Assembly: GCF_045105575.1 (NCBI RefSeq)
Contig: NZ_JBGCDQ010000028.1
Location: 1,744-65,743 of the forward strand
DNA: 64,000 bases
Direction of reading: 5' to 3'
DNA from: Winogradskyella sp.
GTDB lineage: Bacteria; Bacteroidota; Bacteroidia; Flavobacteriales; Flavobacteriaceae
Made by a program: the position numbers and the translations under genes. Shown here in pieces: positions 56,510 to 64,000 of the stretch; the stretch's first letter is position 1, and every line of letters begins with the position of its first letter. Below the pieces are notes generated by a model, which was given only the letters and a program-made list of their open reading frames with translations, searched no databases and was not told where the DNA came from.

Positions 56510-58027
56510 TTAAACCAAACTTTCCTGTGTCATTACTTTTGGTTGAGGCACACCTATGAGTTTTAAAATGGTAGGAGCAATGTCTCCCAAAATACCATCC
56601 TTAATATGTTTAAGGTCTTTATCAATTAAAATAACAGGAACAGGATTTGTAGTATGAGCAGTATTTGGTGAACCGTCTGGGTTAATCATTGTTTCACAAT
56701 TACCATGGTCTGCAATTAAAATGGTAGTGTAGTCATTTTCTAAAGCTGTGGTAATGACCTTTTTTACGCAAGTATCAACAGCTTCGCATGCTTTTATAGC
56801 TGCTTCCATCACACCTGTATGGCCCACCATATCTCCATTGGCAAAATTGAGACATACAAAATCCACCTCACTTTTTTCCAGTTCTGGCACCAAGGCCTCT
56901 GTTAATTCAAAAGCACTCATTTCTGGTTTTAAATCGTAAGTGGCTACTTTTGGCGAGTTTTTTAAAATGCGCGTTTCGCCTTCAAAGGCTTGTTCTTGTC
57001 CGCCTGAAAAGAAAAAGGTAACATGTGGATACTTTTCTGTTTCGGCAATTCTAATTTGCTTTTTATGGTGTTTTTCTAAAACTTCGCCCAGAGTTTCCGA
57101 AAGGTTGTCTTTATTAAAAATAACATTCATGCCAGTAAAACTGTCGTCATAATTAGTCATCGTGACGTAATGCAGTTTCATTTTGTGCATGTTAAACTCG
57201 TGGAAATCTTTTTGAGTTAAGGCTTCCGTTAATTGGCGACCACGATCTGTTCTGAAATTGAAAAAGATAACAACGTCATCCTCTTTAATGGTAGCCACAG
57301 GTTCTTGGTTTTGATCTGAAATGATTAAAGGTTTTATAAATTCATCTGTAACATCATTTTCATAATTCGTCTGAATAGCGTTTAAAACATCTTGCGTTTT
57401 TTCGCCTTCTCCATTTACTAAAGCATCGTAAGCGAGTTTTACGCGTTCCCAGCGTTTATCTCTATCCATAGCATAATAACGACCTGTTACAGTGGCTAGT
57501 TTTGCTGAAGTGTTTTTTATGTGATCTTCTAATTCTGAAATAAAACCATAACCAGACTTTGGATCTACATCTCTACCGTCTGTAAAGGCATGGACAAATA
57601 CATTTTCTAGTCCGTAATCGTTAGTGGCATTTAACAGTCCGAAAAGATGGTTAATATGAGAATGTACACCACCATCGCTCACTAAACCAAGTAAATGCAC
57701 ATTTTTATTGTTAGTTTTTGCGTATTCGAAAGCTGATTTTAAAACGACCTCCTCACGTAAAGTTTTATGTTTTACCGCTAAATTAATCTTTACCAAATCT
57801 TGGTATACAATGCGGCCAGCACCTAAATTCATATGGCCAACTTCGCTGTTTCCCATTTGTCCTTCTGGTAAGCCAACATGAAGCCCATCAGTTCTTAAAC
57901 TAGCATTGGGATACGTGGTGTAAAGTGCATCTATAAATGGAGTTTGTGCATTATCTATTGCAGATACTTTAGGGTCGGGCGATTTTCCCCAACCATCTAA
58001 AATCATCAAAATTACCTTCTTATTCAT
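56510..58027 (-). CDS. gpmI: 2,3-bisphosphoglycerate-independent phosphoglycerate mutase
   Basis: ILDGWG, GQMGNSEVGH, GRYYAMDRD, AETEKYPHVTFF, DMVGHTG, ADHGN, HTTNPVP. Confidence 0.97.
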   Translation of the reverse strand: MNKKVILMILDGWGKSPDPKVSAIDNAQTPFIDALYTTYPNASLRTDGLHVGLPEGQMGNSEVGHMNLGAGRIVYQDLVKINLAVKHKTLREEVVLKSAFEYAKTNNKNVHLLGLVSDGGVHSHINHLFGLLNATNDYGLENVFVHAFTDGRDVDPKSGYGFISELEDHIKNTSAKLATVTGRYYAMDRDKRWERVKLAYDALVNGEGEKTQDVLNAIQTNYENDVTDEFIKPLIISDQNQEPVATIKEDDVVIFFNFRTDRGRQLTEALTQKDFHEFNMHKMKLHYVTMTNYDDSFTGMNVIFNKDNLSETLGEVLEKHHKKQIRIAETEKYPHVTFFFSGGQEQAFEGETRILKNSPKVATYDLKPEMSAFELTEALVPELEKSEVDFVCLNFANGDMVGHTGVMEAAIKACEAVDTCVKKVITTALENDYTTILIADHGNCETMINPDGSPNTAHTTNPVPVILIDKDLKHIKDGILGDIAPTILKLIGVPQPKVMTQESLV

Positions 58028-58047
58028 GTATTGCTATTTATTCTATT

Positions 58048-58055
58048 CAAATATA
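58048..58055 (-). promoter_or_regulatory. -7 promoter box for gpmI
   Basis: TATATTTG on the minus strand. Confidence 0.5.
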
Positions 58056-58216
58056 ACACTTACTCGTGTATTTCAAATTTGTCAACCGTAAAAATAATAA
58101 ATCGCGCATTTATTTTAAGAAGTAATAGGCTTGAGTTATCATATTGCATCTTAATTCAGTTGTTATTATTTCATTCATTTTCAAACTGTTAAAAGTATGT
58201 TATTTTATTTTTTAGA

Positions 58217-58242
58217 TGTAACAACTTCAAATTATGGTCGTC
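58217..58242 (+). promoter_or_regulatory. Putative ECF sigma promoter TGTAAC-N16-CGTC
   Basis: Same motif and spacing as 11824-11849. Confidence 0.6.
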
Positions 58243-58291
58243 TATTAAGTATAATCAAAAAACAAATCAATTAAATTTAAAATCTTTCATC

Positions 58292-58690
58292 ATGAAAAAA
58301 TCAACAGTAGCTTTGGCCTTAGCATTAGGCTTTTCAATTTTTAATTTAAATGCATCAAATGAGCTTCGGGTTTCAATGCAGAGCGCATCATCTTTACAAC
58401 AAACGATTGAAATCAGTCCATTATGTAAAGCAGTTGCCACTGGTAACACAGACGAAGTCAATAGATTGATTGGTAATGGAGCAGATGTCAATGCTAAATC
58501 TAATGGCATGATGCCTATTCATTATGCGGCAAAATACAATCGTGTAGAACTAATTAAGGTGTTAATTACTGCAGGTTCTGAGATTCACGAGTCTTGCGAT
58601 AAAGGCTATACAGCATTACGACATGCAGAAAAATCTCATGCCAAAGACGCAGCATTATTCTTAAAACGTTTTAAAAAGAAAACAGCCTAA
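58292..58690 (+). CDS. Exported ankyrin-repeat protein
   Basis: Signal peptide; SPLCKAV..G ... GADVNAKSNGMMPIHYAA ... GYTALRHA. Confidence 0.88.
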   Translation: MKKSTVALALALGFSIFNLNASNELRVSMQSASSLQQTIEISPLCKAVATGNTDEVNRLIGNGADVNAKSNGMMPIHYAAKYNRVELIKVLITAGSEIHESCDKGYTALRHAEKSHAKDAALFLKRFKKKTA

Positions 58691-58721
58691 CACATAGGCT
58701 ATTATTTGAGTTAGTTAGTTG

Positions 58722-58749
58722 AAAAAGCGTCTGTTTAAGACGCTTTTTT
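58722..58749. terminator. Bidirectional terminator
   Basis: AAAAAGCGTCT-gttta-AGACGCTTTTT; contains the stop codon of the convergent M48 gene. Confidence 0.8.
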
Positions 58750-59502
58750 GTATTTGTTAATAGCTTCTCGTATTTTTTCAATTCTATTTTCTGGATCTGG
58801 ATGTGTGCTTTGCATTTCTGGCACACGATTTGGCCCTGCAGCCGCTTTTAAAATTTTCATAACTCCAATCATTTCTTCAGGATTGTAGCCAGCATCCATC
58901 ATAATCATCACTCCGAGTTCGTCACTTTCCAATTCATCATCTCTTCCGTTTTTAAGAAGTGTACCATTACCAATTTGAGATGCTACTGCACCCATATCTA
59001 CGGCTCCGGCTCCCATAACAAAATACTTCCAAAAATCAGCTTGCGTAATACGTTCGTTAGAGTGTTTGCCCAATACATGTCCAATTTCATGACCTAAAAC
59101 TCCAGCAAGTTGGTCTTCATTTTCAAGTTGCGAAAATAAAGCTTGCGTAATATAAATTTGGCCACCAGGTAAGGCAAAAGCATTAATAGTATTATCGTCT
59201 GCTAGTAAATGAAACTCATATCTATAAGGGGTGTTTTTTGCTAAACTACTTTGCACTAATTTGTTTCCCACATTATCTACGAGCGCTTGGTAATCGCCTC
59301 TAGGATGCAGACCTCCATGTTGTTGCTCCATACCAGGAGCACTTTGCAAACCTATAGCAATCTCCTGATCTGGCGATAAGGATATGGCTTGCGTACGACC
59401 TGTATAAGGGTTGGTTTCTTTTTGGCTACACCGACGAATAAAGGCAAACGCGATAATAGCGACACCAATAAAAATACGGACTTTAAAATTTCCTCTTCTC
59501 AT
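58735..59502 (-). CDS. M48 family Zn metallopeptidase
   Basis: INAFALPGG, HEIGH, E.ESD, STHP; start moved to MRRGNF. Confidence 0.92.
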   Translation of the reverse strand: MRRGNFKVRIFIGVAIIAFAFIRRCSQKETNPYTGRTQAISLSPDQEIAIGLQSAPGMEQQHGGLHPRGDYQALVDNVGNKLVQSSLAKNTPYRYEFHLLADDNTINAFALPGGQIYITQALFSQLENEDQLAGVLGHEIGHVLGKHSNERITQADFWKYFVMGAGAVDMGAVASQIGNGTLLKNGRDDELESDELGVMIMMDAGYNPEEMIGVMKILKAAAGPNRVPEMQSTHPDPENRIEKIREAINKYKKAS

Positions 59503-59654
59503 AAATGATTGATTTAATAAGTTCAATGTACAAAAGTTTGACACAATAAGTATTTAAAACTCAACTGTTTTGCTAAAATAGATATGGTTTATAAGTTTTA
59601 GTAAAAATTTAAAACCGTATGAAATACGTACTTTTATACTATTAATATTACGAC

Positions 59655-60080
59655 ATGGACTATCAATTCAAAATTATACCAAACGAAAATTTAGATCAAA
59701 TTATTCCGCTTGTTTTTAAACTTAACGAAGGCAAGGTGGACGAAGCTATTCTGAAAGAACGTTTCAATGAAATGAAACAACAAAACTACACATGTGCTGG
59801 TGTCTTTCTAGATAACGATTTAATTGCGATTACGGGTTTGTGGTTTTCTACACGGCATTATATTGGAAAATCTGTGGAGCTAGATCATGTTTACATAAAA
59901 CCAGAACACAGAAATAAAGGCTTAGGCAAGGAATTTATGGCGTGGATACAAAATTATGTATCCCAAAAAGACTGTCAGTCTATGGAATTGAATACTTATG
60001 TTCAAAATTATCCGTCGCACAAGTTTTACTATAACCAAGGTTATGAAATTTTAGGGTATCACTTTTTGAAAAAGCTTTAA
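59655..60080 (+). CDS. GNAT family N-acetyltransferase
   Basis: YIKPEHRNKGLGK acetyl-CoA motif; KFYYNQGY. Confidence 0.88.
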   Translation: MDYQFKIIPNENLDQIIPLVFKLNEGKVDEAILKERFNEMKQQNYTCAGVFLDNDLIAITGLWFSTRHYIGKSVELDHVYIKPEHRNKGLGKEFMAWIQNYVSQKDCQSMELNTYVQNYPSHKFYYNQGYEILGYHFLKKL

Positions 60081-60093
60081 TAATTGCTTGATT

Positions 60094-60615
60094 TTAAAAC
60101 ACTTTCCGAGATAGTGGCATCGTTATAATATCAAACTTTTCATCAAATTCAGGACTTCTTAAAATGGTTTTTAAGTCATTTTTATGACGTCTATTTTTAA
60201 TAAGAATTTCAAATTTATGGGTGTCGCCAGATGTTTCTGTAATTTCTAAATAATTTTTGTTTCCATAGATGGAATGGGTAGCCCAACTTCCATAATCGAG
60301 ATAGTTGAGTCCAATATGCTCAAGTTGCTCAAGAGCAATATGTTTATTCAAATCATTTTTTTCAACAGCTATGTGCGCTTTGGTGATTCTAAGCGTACCG
60401 ATTTTTTTTGGCTTAATAAACGATTGACCAAACAAAAAATAAATACCACTAATGTAAATGGCAAGTGCTACAAATTTTAAATAGATATTTTGATTTTCCT
60501 TATCATATAGAAAAATATAAAACGTAGAAATTAAATATAAAATGCCAAAAATAATTACAGTGATTTTATTGTAGGCTTTAGTTTTTACAATTTGAGTTTC
60601 AAAAGCGGTTTCCAT
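60094..60615 (-). CDS. Hypothetical membrane protein
   Basis: Two N-terminal TM helices, 173 aa. Confidence 0.65.
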   Translation of the reverse strand: METAFETQIVKTKAYNKITVIIFGILYLISTFYIFLYDKENQNIYLKFVALAIYISGIYFLFGQSFIKPKKIGTLRITKAHIAVEKNDLNKHIALEQLEHIGLNYLDYGSWATHSIYGNKNYLEITETSGDTHKFEILIKNRRHKNDLKTILRSPEFDEKFDIITMPLSRKVF

Positions 60616-60669
60616 ACTGTTTTTTATGTAATGATTGATGAAATTAGTGTCAGGTTTTTTTTCTAAGTA

Positions 60670-61377
60670 TTATGACAAAAAACCTAAATCCGATGCTGTG
60701 GCAATTTCATAAGGCGCTTTATTATATTCAAAAATACGCGCTTCTAAAGTGCCTTTTAAGGTGAGTTGGTTCCCCTTAACTTCAATCCAACTGCCTTCGC
60801 GCAAGCCAATAACTGGTGGTGTGTTGTAGGCATGGAATTCTTTTATTCGTGTTTCTCGTGTTTCGCCCATATGTTTGCTGCCTTCAATTGGATCTAAATA
60901 ATGTGGATTGATATTAAAAGGTACTAATCCTAAGGTTTTAAAACTTGGAGGATATACAATAGGCATATCATTTGTAGTGTGCATGGTTAATCCGCAAATA
61001 TTGCTACCAGCACTTGTGCCTAGATATGGAGTGCCGTTTTTTATAGCATTTTTAATGGGCAACAAAACAGAATTCTTATATAGCTGAGACACTAAAACAA
61101 AAGTGTTGCCACCTCCAACAAAAATCCCTTTTGCATTTGTTATAGCGGTCTCTGGACTTTCAAATTCGTGAATTCCTTTTACAGTTTTACCAATGTTTTT
61201 AAACGCTTTAACTGCTATGGTTGTATACTCATTATGAGAAATGCCTCTAGGTCTTGCATATGGAATAAATAGAATTTCTTCTGTAGATTTAAAATGTATT
61301 TTAAGTCTGTCTAAAAGGTATTCTAAATAACCACTTCCGTGAATGGTTGAGGTACTCGCTATAAGCATTGATTTCAA
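60670..61377 (-). CDS. pepE: Dipeptidase E (peptidase S51)
   Basis: FVGGGNTF, GTSAGSN, INPHY, ETRETRI.EF. Confidence 0.93.
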   Translation of the reverse strand: MKSMLIASTSTIHGSGYLEYLLDRLKIHFKSTEEILFIPYARPRGISHNEYTTIAVKAFKNIGKTVKGIHEFESPETAITNAKGIFVGGGNTFVLVSQLYKNSVLLPIKNAIKNGTPYLGTSAGSNICGLTMHTTNDMPIVYPPSFKTLGLVPFNINPHYLDPIEGSKHMGETRETRIKEFHAYNTPPVIGLREGSWIEVKGNQLTLKGTLEARIFEYNKAPYEIATASDLGFLS

Positions 61378-61516
61378 AATAGAAGTATTTTAGTATTAAA
61401 AATTAAAGAAAAATAAAGGTTTTGTTGAGGCTTCATTACTATTTAACAAACATTTATTAACAGATTACTATGAAAAGTTAAGAATAAAGTCGAAATTTAC
61501 TACAACCGCAATTATT

Positions 61517-62326
61517 ATGAAAAAAATAGTACTCATTTTATTTACATTTTTTGCCTTATCAGCCATTGGTCAAGACATTAAAAGAATACCTATTAATGGT
61601 AAAATTATTGTTTCAACAGAAGATAAGGAAGGAGTTACGGTATATAACTCGTCTTCCAATCAAGGAGCAGTTACAGACAAAGATGGTTACTTTAAACTTA
61701 GTGTGGCACTAAATGATGTTGTTCAGTTTGGTGCATTGCAGTTTCAAGATTTTACAGTAAGAATTTCAGAAAAAATTATTAACTCTAAACGTTTAACAGT
61801 AATTCTTGTTGAAGAAGTGAATAAATTAGATGAGGTGGTTATTTTACCGTTTGATCTTACAGGAAATTTTAATGCAGATTTAGAAAACGTAAGAACCTAT
61901 AACGTCAGTCTTGATGATGTGTATTTTGGATTGGACCATATTGAAGATTTTGAATTCTCTGCAGATTATAAAACTAGAGCCGATAATTTGGCGTTTAATG
62001 AAAATAATCCGAGTGTAGAAAATATGGTAAACCTAGTCAATGTGGCAGGTTTTTTACTCAAACAAGTGGTTGGTATTGATAAAACTTCTAAAAAAGATGA
62101 AAAGTTAAAACTCACTCCTTTTAAGAAGGCCATTGACGAATACAGTATTAATTACATACATACCAATTTTAATATTCCTTTAAACCAAATCGAAGCATTT
62201 ACCGATTTCGTTGAAAAAGCAGGAGTGGACGAAACCTTATTTGAAGACAACAAAGAGCTGCAACTTTTAGAACGCATTTCTGTTTTAAGTAAGTCGTTTT
62301 TAAAAGAGATAAGTGAAAAAGAGTAA
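61517..62326 (+). CDS. Exported protein with carboxypeptidase-regulatory-like domain, paralog 1
   Basis: Signal peptide; INGKIIV ... VTDKDGYFKL ... LVEEVNKLDEVVI. Confidence 0.7.
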   Translation: MKKIVLILFTFFALSAIGQDIKRIPINGKIIVSTEDKEGVTVYNSSSNQGAVTDKDGYFKLSVALNDVVQFGALQFQDFTVRISEKIINSKRLTVILVEEVNKLDEVVILPFDLTGNFNADLENVRTYNVSLDDVYFGLDHIEDFEFSADYKTRADNLAFNENNPSVENMVNLVNVAGFLLKQVVGIDKTSKKDEKLKLTPFKKAIDEYSINYIHTNFNIPLNQIEAFTDFVEKAGVDETLFEDNKELQLLERISVLSKSFLKEISEKE

Positions 62327-63107
62327 ACCGTTTTGTCTTTTTTTAATGGTTTTAACTTTGTTTTCTGTTGCCGCACAACAAAAAATACTGAAGGGACAGC
62401 TAATTGCCAATGATGATGTCGAAGGACTTCATATCCTCAATAAAACAGCAGTAAAATATACCATTTCAGATGAAAACGGAGGGTTTAATATGCCTGCGGA
62501 AGTTCTTGATAGGCTTTATGTTTCTGGTGTAAAATATCAGCCACAAGAAATTGTGATTACAGCAGACATGATGGCTAAAGGTGAATTAAGCATCAAACTT
62601 GTAGAAAATATAAATGTGCTTAATGAAGTGGTTGTCGGTAAAATTTTAACCGGAAGTTTAGAGTCTGATATTGAAAATTCTGATGCCAAGCCCGAAATTA
62701 ATTTCTACGATTTGGGAATTCCAGGAAACACAAATTTACCACTAACTCAAAGCGAACAGCGTCTACACGACGCGGACCATGGGCAGTTTGTTTACTATTA
62801 TGGAATCGGTCTCGCGATAAATGTGCATAAAATTTTAAACCGAGTTAACGGTGATACTAAAGAATACAAAGCACGTGTTAAAACCGAGTTTAACGAAAAA
62901 TGTGTAAACAGGTTGAAAGATAATTATGCAAATACTATTTTTGAAGCTATCGAAATTCCTAAAAAACACCAAGCAGAGTTTTTTCAGTTTTGCCTAGAAG
63001 ATGAAAATTTTAATGCCATATGCGCTGATGACAATGAGTTAAATGATGTCAGTTTTCTATTAGAAAAACTAAGTCGTTTTAAAAATCAATTAGATGAAGG
63101 GAAGTAA
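62313..63107 (+). CDS. Exported protein with carboxypeptidase-regulatory-like domain, paralog 2
   Basis: LKGQLIA ... ISDENGGF ... LVENINVLNEVVV. Confidence 0.7.
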   Translation: MKKSKPFCLFLMVLTLFSVAAQQKILKGQLIANDDVEGLHILNKTAVKYTISDENGGFNMPAEVLDRLYVSGVKYQPQEIVITADMMAKGELSIKLVENINVLNEVVVGKILTGSLESDIENSDAKPEINFYDLGIPGNTNLPLTQSEQRLHDADHGQFVYYYGIGLAINVHKILNRVNGDTKEYKARVKTEFNEKCVNRLKDNYANTIFEAIEIPKKHQAEFFQFCLEDENFNAICADDNELNDVSFLLEKLSRFKNQLDEGK

Positions 63108-63903
63108 AATACTCATATACGCGGTTGCCTTTCTTTTAAGCCTTTTTGCAGAAGCGCAAACTAAAGAAATCAAAGGACAACTTATCGCAGATGATGAGGT
63201 AGAGGGACTTCATATTTTAAATAAAACAAATATAAAATATACCATATCTAACGAAGGTGGTAGTTTTGTGATTCCTGCAAGCGTATCAGATACGTTGGTC
63301 ATTTCTGGTGTAAAGTATAAATTACAAGAGGTGATAATAAGTGCAGCCATGATGGAGGCGGAAAAAGTAAGGGTGACTCTTGTTGAAGACGTTAATGAGT
63401 TACGCGAAGTTGTGGTCGGCAAGATTTTAACAGGAAGTTTAGAGTCGGATTTAGAAAACTCTGATGCCGAACCTGAAATTAACTTTTACGACTTAGGTAT
63501 TCCTGGATATACCGGAAAACAACTCACACAGAACGAACGTAAGCTTTTTGACGCCGATTCTGGACCAAATGGTTTTATAGGTGGAGGTCCTTTTGGTGCT
63601 GGCGCTGGAGTCAATCTTCATAAACTTTTAAACAAGGTAACTGGCAGAACAAAAAAGTTGAAAGCTATTGTAGAACTCGATAATAGAGATGCTTGCATAC
63701 AACGTTTAAAAAATAATTACGAGTCGCTTATTTTTGAAAATGATACCTTAGCCGAAAATTTAAAAACCGAATATTATTTGTTTTGCCAAGAAGATGACGA
63801 TTTCTTAACCTTGTGCCAGCAGAACAACGATATTAAGCTGATAGAATTTTTACAAGCAAAGCTCCTAATTTATAGAGAAAATCTAAATTCAGTAAAAGAT
63901 TAA
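63094..63903 (+). CDS. Exported protein with carboxypeptidase-regulatory-like domain, paralog 3
   Basis: IKGQLIA ... ISNEGGSF ... LVEDVNELREVVV. Confidence 0.7.
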   Translation: MKGSKILIYAVAFLLSLFAEAQTKEIKGQLIADDEVEGLHILNKTNIKYTISNEGGSFVIPASVSDTLVISGVKYKLQEVIISAAMMEAEKVRVTLVEDVNELREVVVGKILTGSLESDLENSDAEPEINFYDLGIPGYTGKQLTQNERKLFDADSGPNGFIGGGPFGAGAGVNLHKLLNKVTGRTKKLKAIVELDNRDACIQRLKNNYESLIFENDTLAENLKTEYYLFCQEDDDFLTLCQQNNDIKLIEFLQAKLLIYRENLNSVKD

Positions 63904-64000
63904 TTTTCTGGAATACCTTTTGCTATTCCATTATGAATCCTAATACAAATCAATGACATTAAAATCCCTTTTATTCGCTTTTTTTCTTTTTCCTGTTTTA

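Noticed and set aside
576-63422. Numerous short ORFs in the track lying antisense to or inside longer genes (e.g. 576..845, 4740..5132, 10549..10938, 38612..38983, 47096..47380, 63210..63422)
   Set aside because: They are shadows of well-supported genes on the other strand or frame, with no motifs or signals of their own
1-64000. CRISPR arrays, tRNA/rRNA genes, prophage, DDE/HUH transposases, integrases
   Set aside because: I saw no regularly spaced repeats, RNA-gene signatures or such ORFs by eye; tRNAscan-SE, Infernal and a CRISPR finder would be needed to exclude them formally

Overview
AT-rich chromosomal segment from a Flavobacteriaceae-like bacterium (Bacteroidota). The assignment rests on T9SS genes (porT, plug-like gene, CTD cargo), TAnnTTTG promoter boxes and the gene set. 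It is mostly housekeeping: accD, fbaA, tamL-trmH-porT-menG-trkAH, an aminotransferase, a desaturase, rsmG, pruA, apaG, nqrABCDEF plus apbE, map, gpmI and pepE. I saw no rRNA, tRNA, CRISPR array, integrase or classical transposase. The best leads are four. (1) A ~570-bp cassette in which a GxxExxY PD-(D/E)xK-type nuclease gene is enclosed by 37-bp inverted repeats (36/37 identical), wedged between map and a methyltransferase whose start codon lies inside the repeat. (2) An ECF sigma / membrane TPR anti-sigma / exported membrane-anchored CHAT (caspase-like) protease module, with the same promoter-like motif (ATGATGACAT-N13-CGAT[G/A]TA) in front of the lipoprotein genes on both sides of it. (3) A five-gene cluster (TlpA, DUF6029-type barrel, Omp28-like lipoprotein, two T9SS cargo) in which every product carries a Cys pair, suggesting a thiol-redox relay across the outer membrane. 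(4) Two interrupted genes missed by the ORF track, one with a single in-frame UGA followed by a hairpin. Family names come from recognising motifs by eye; no database search was run.
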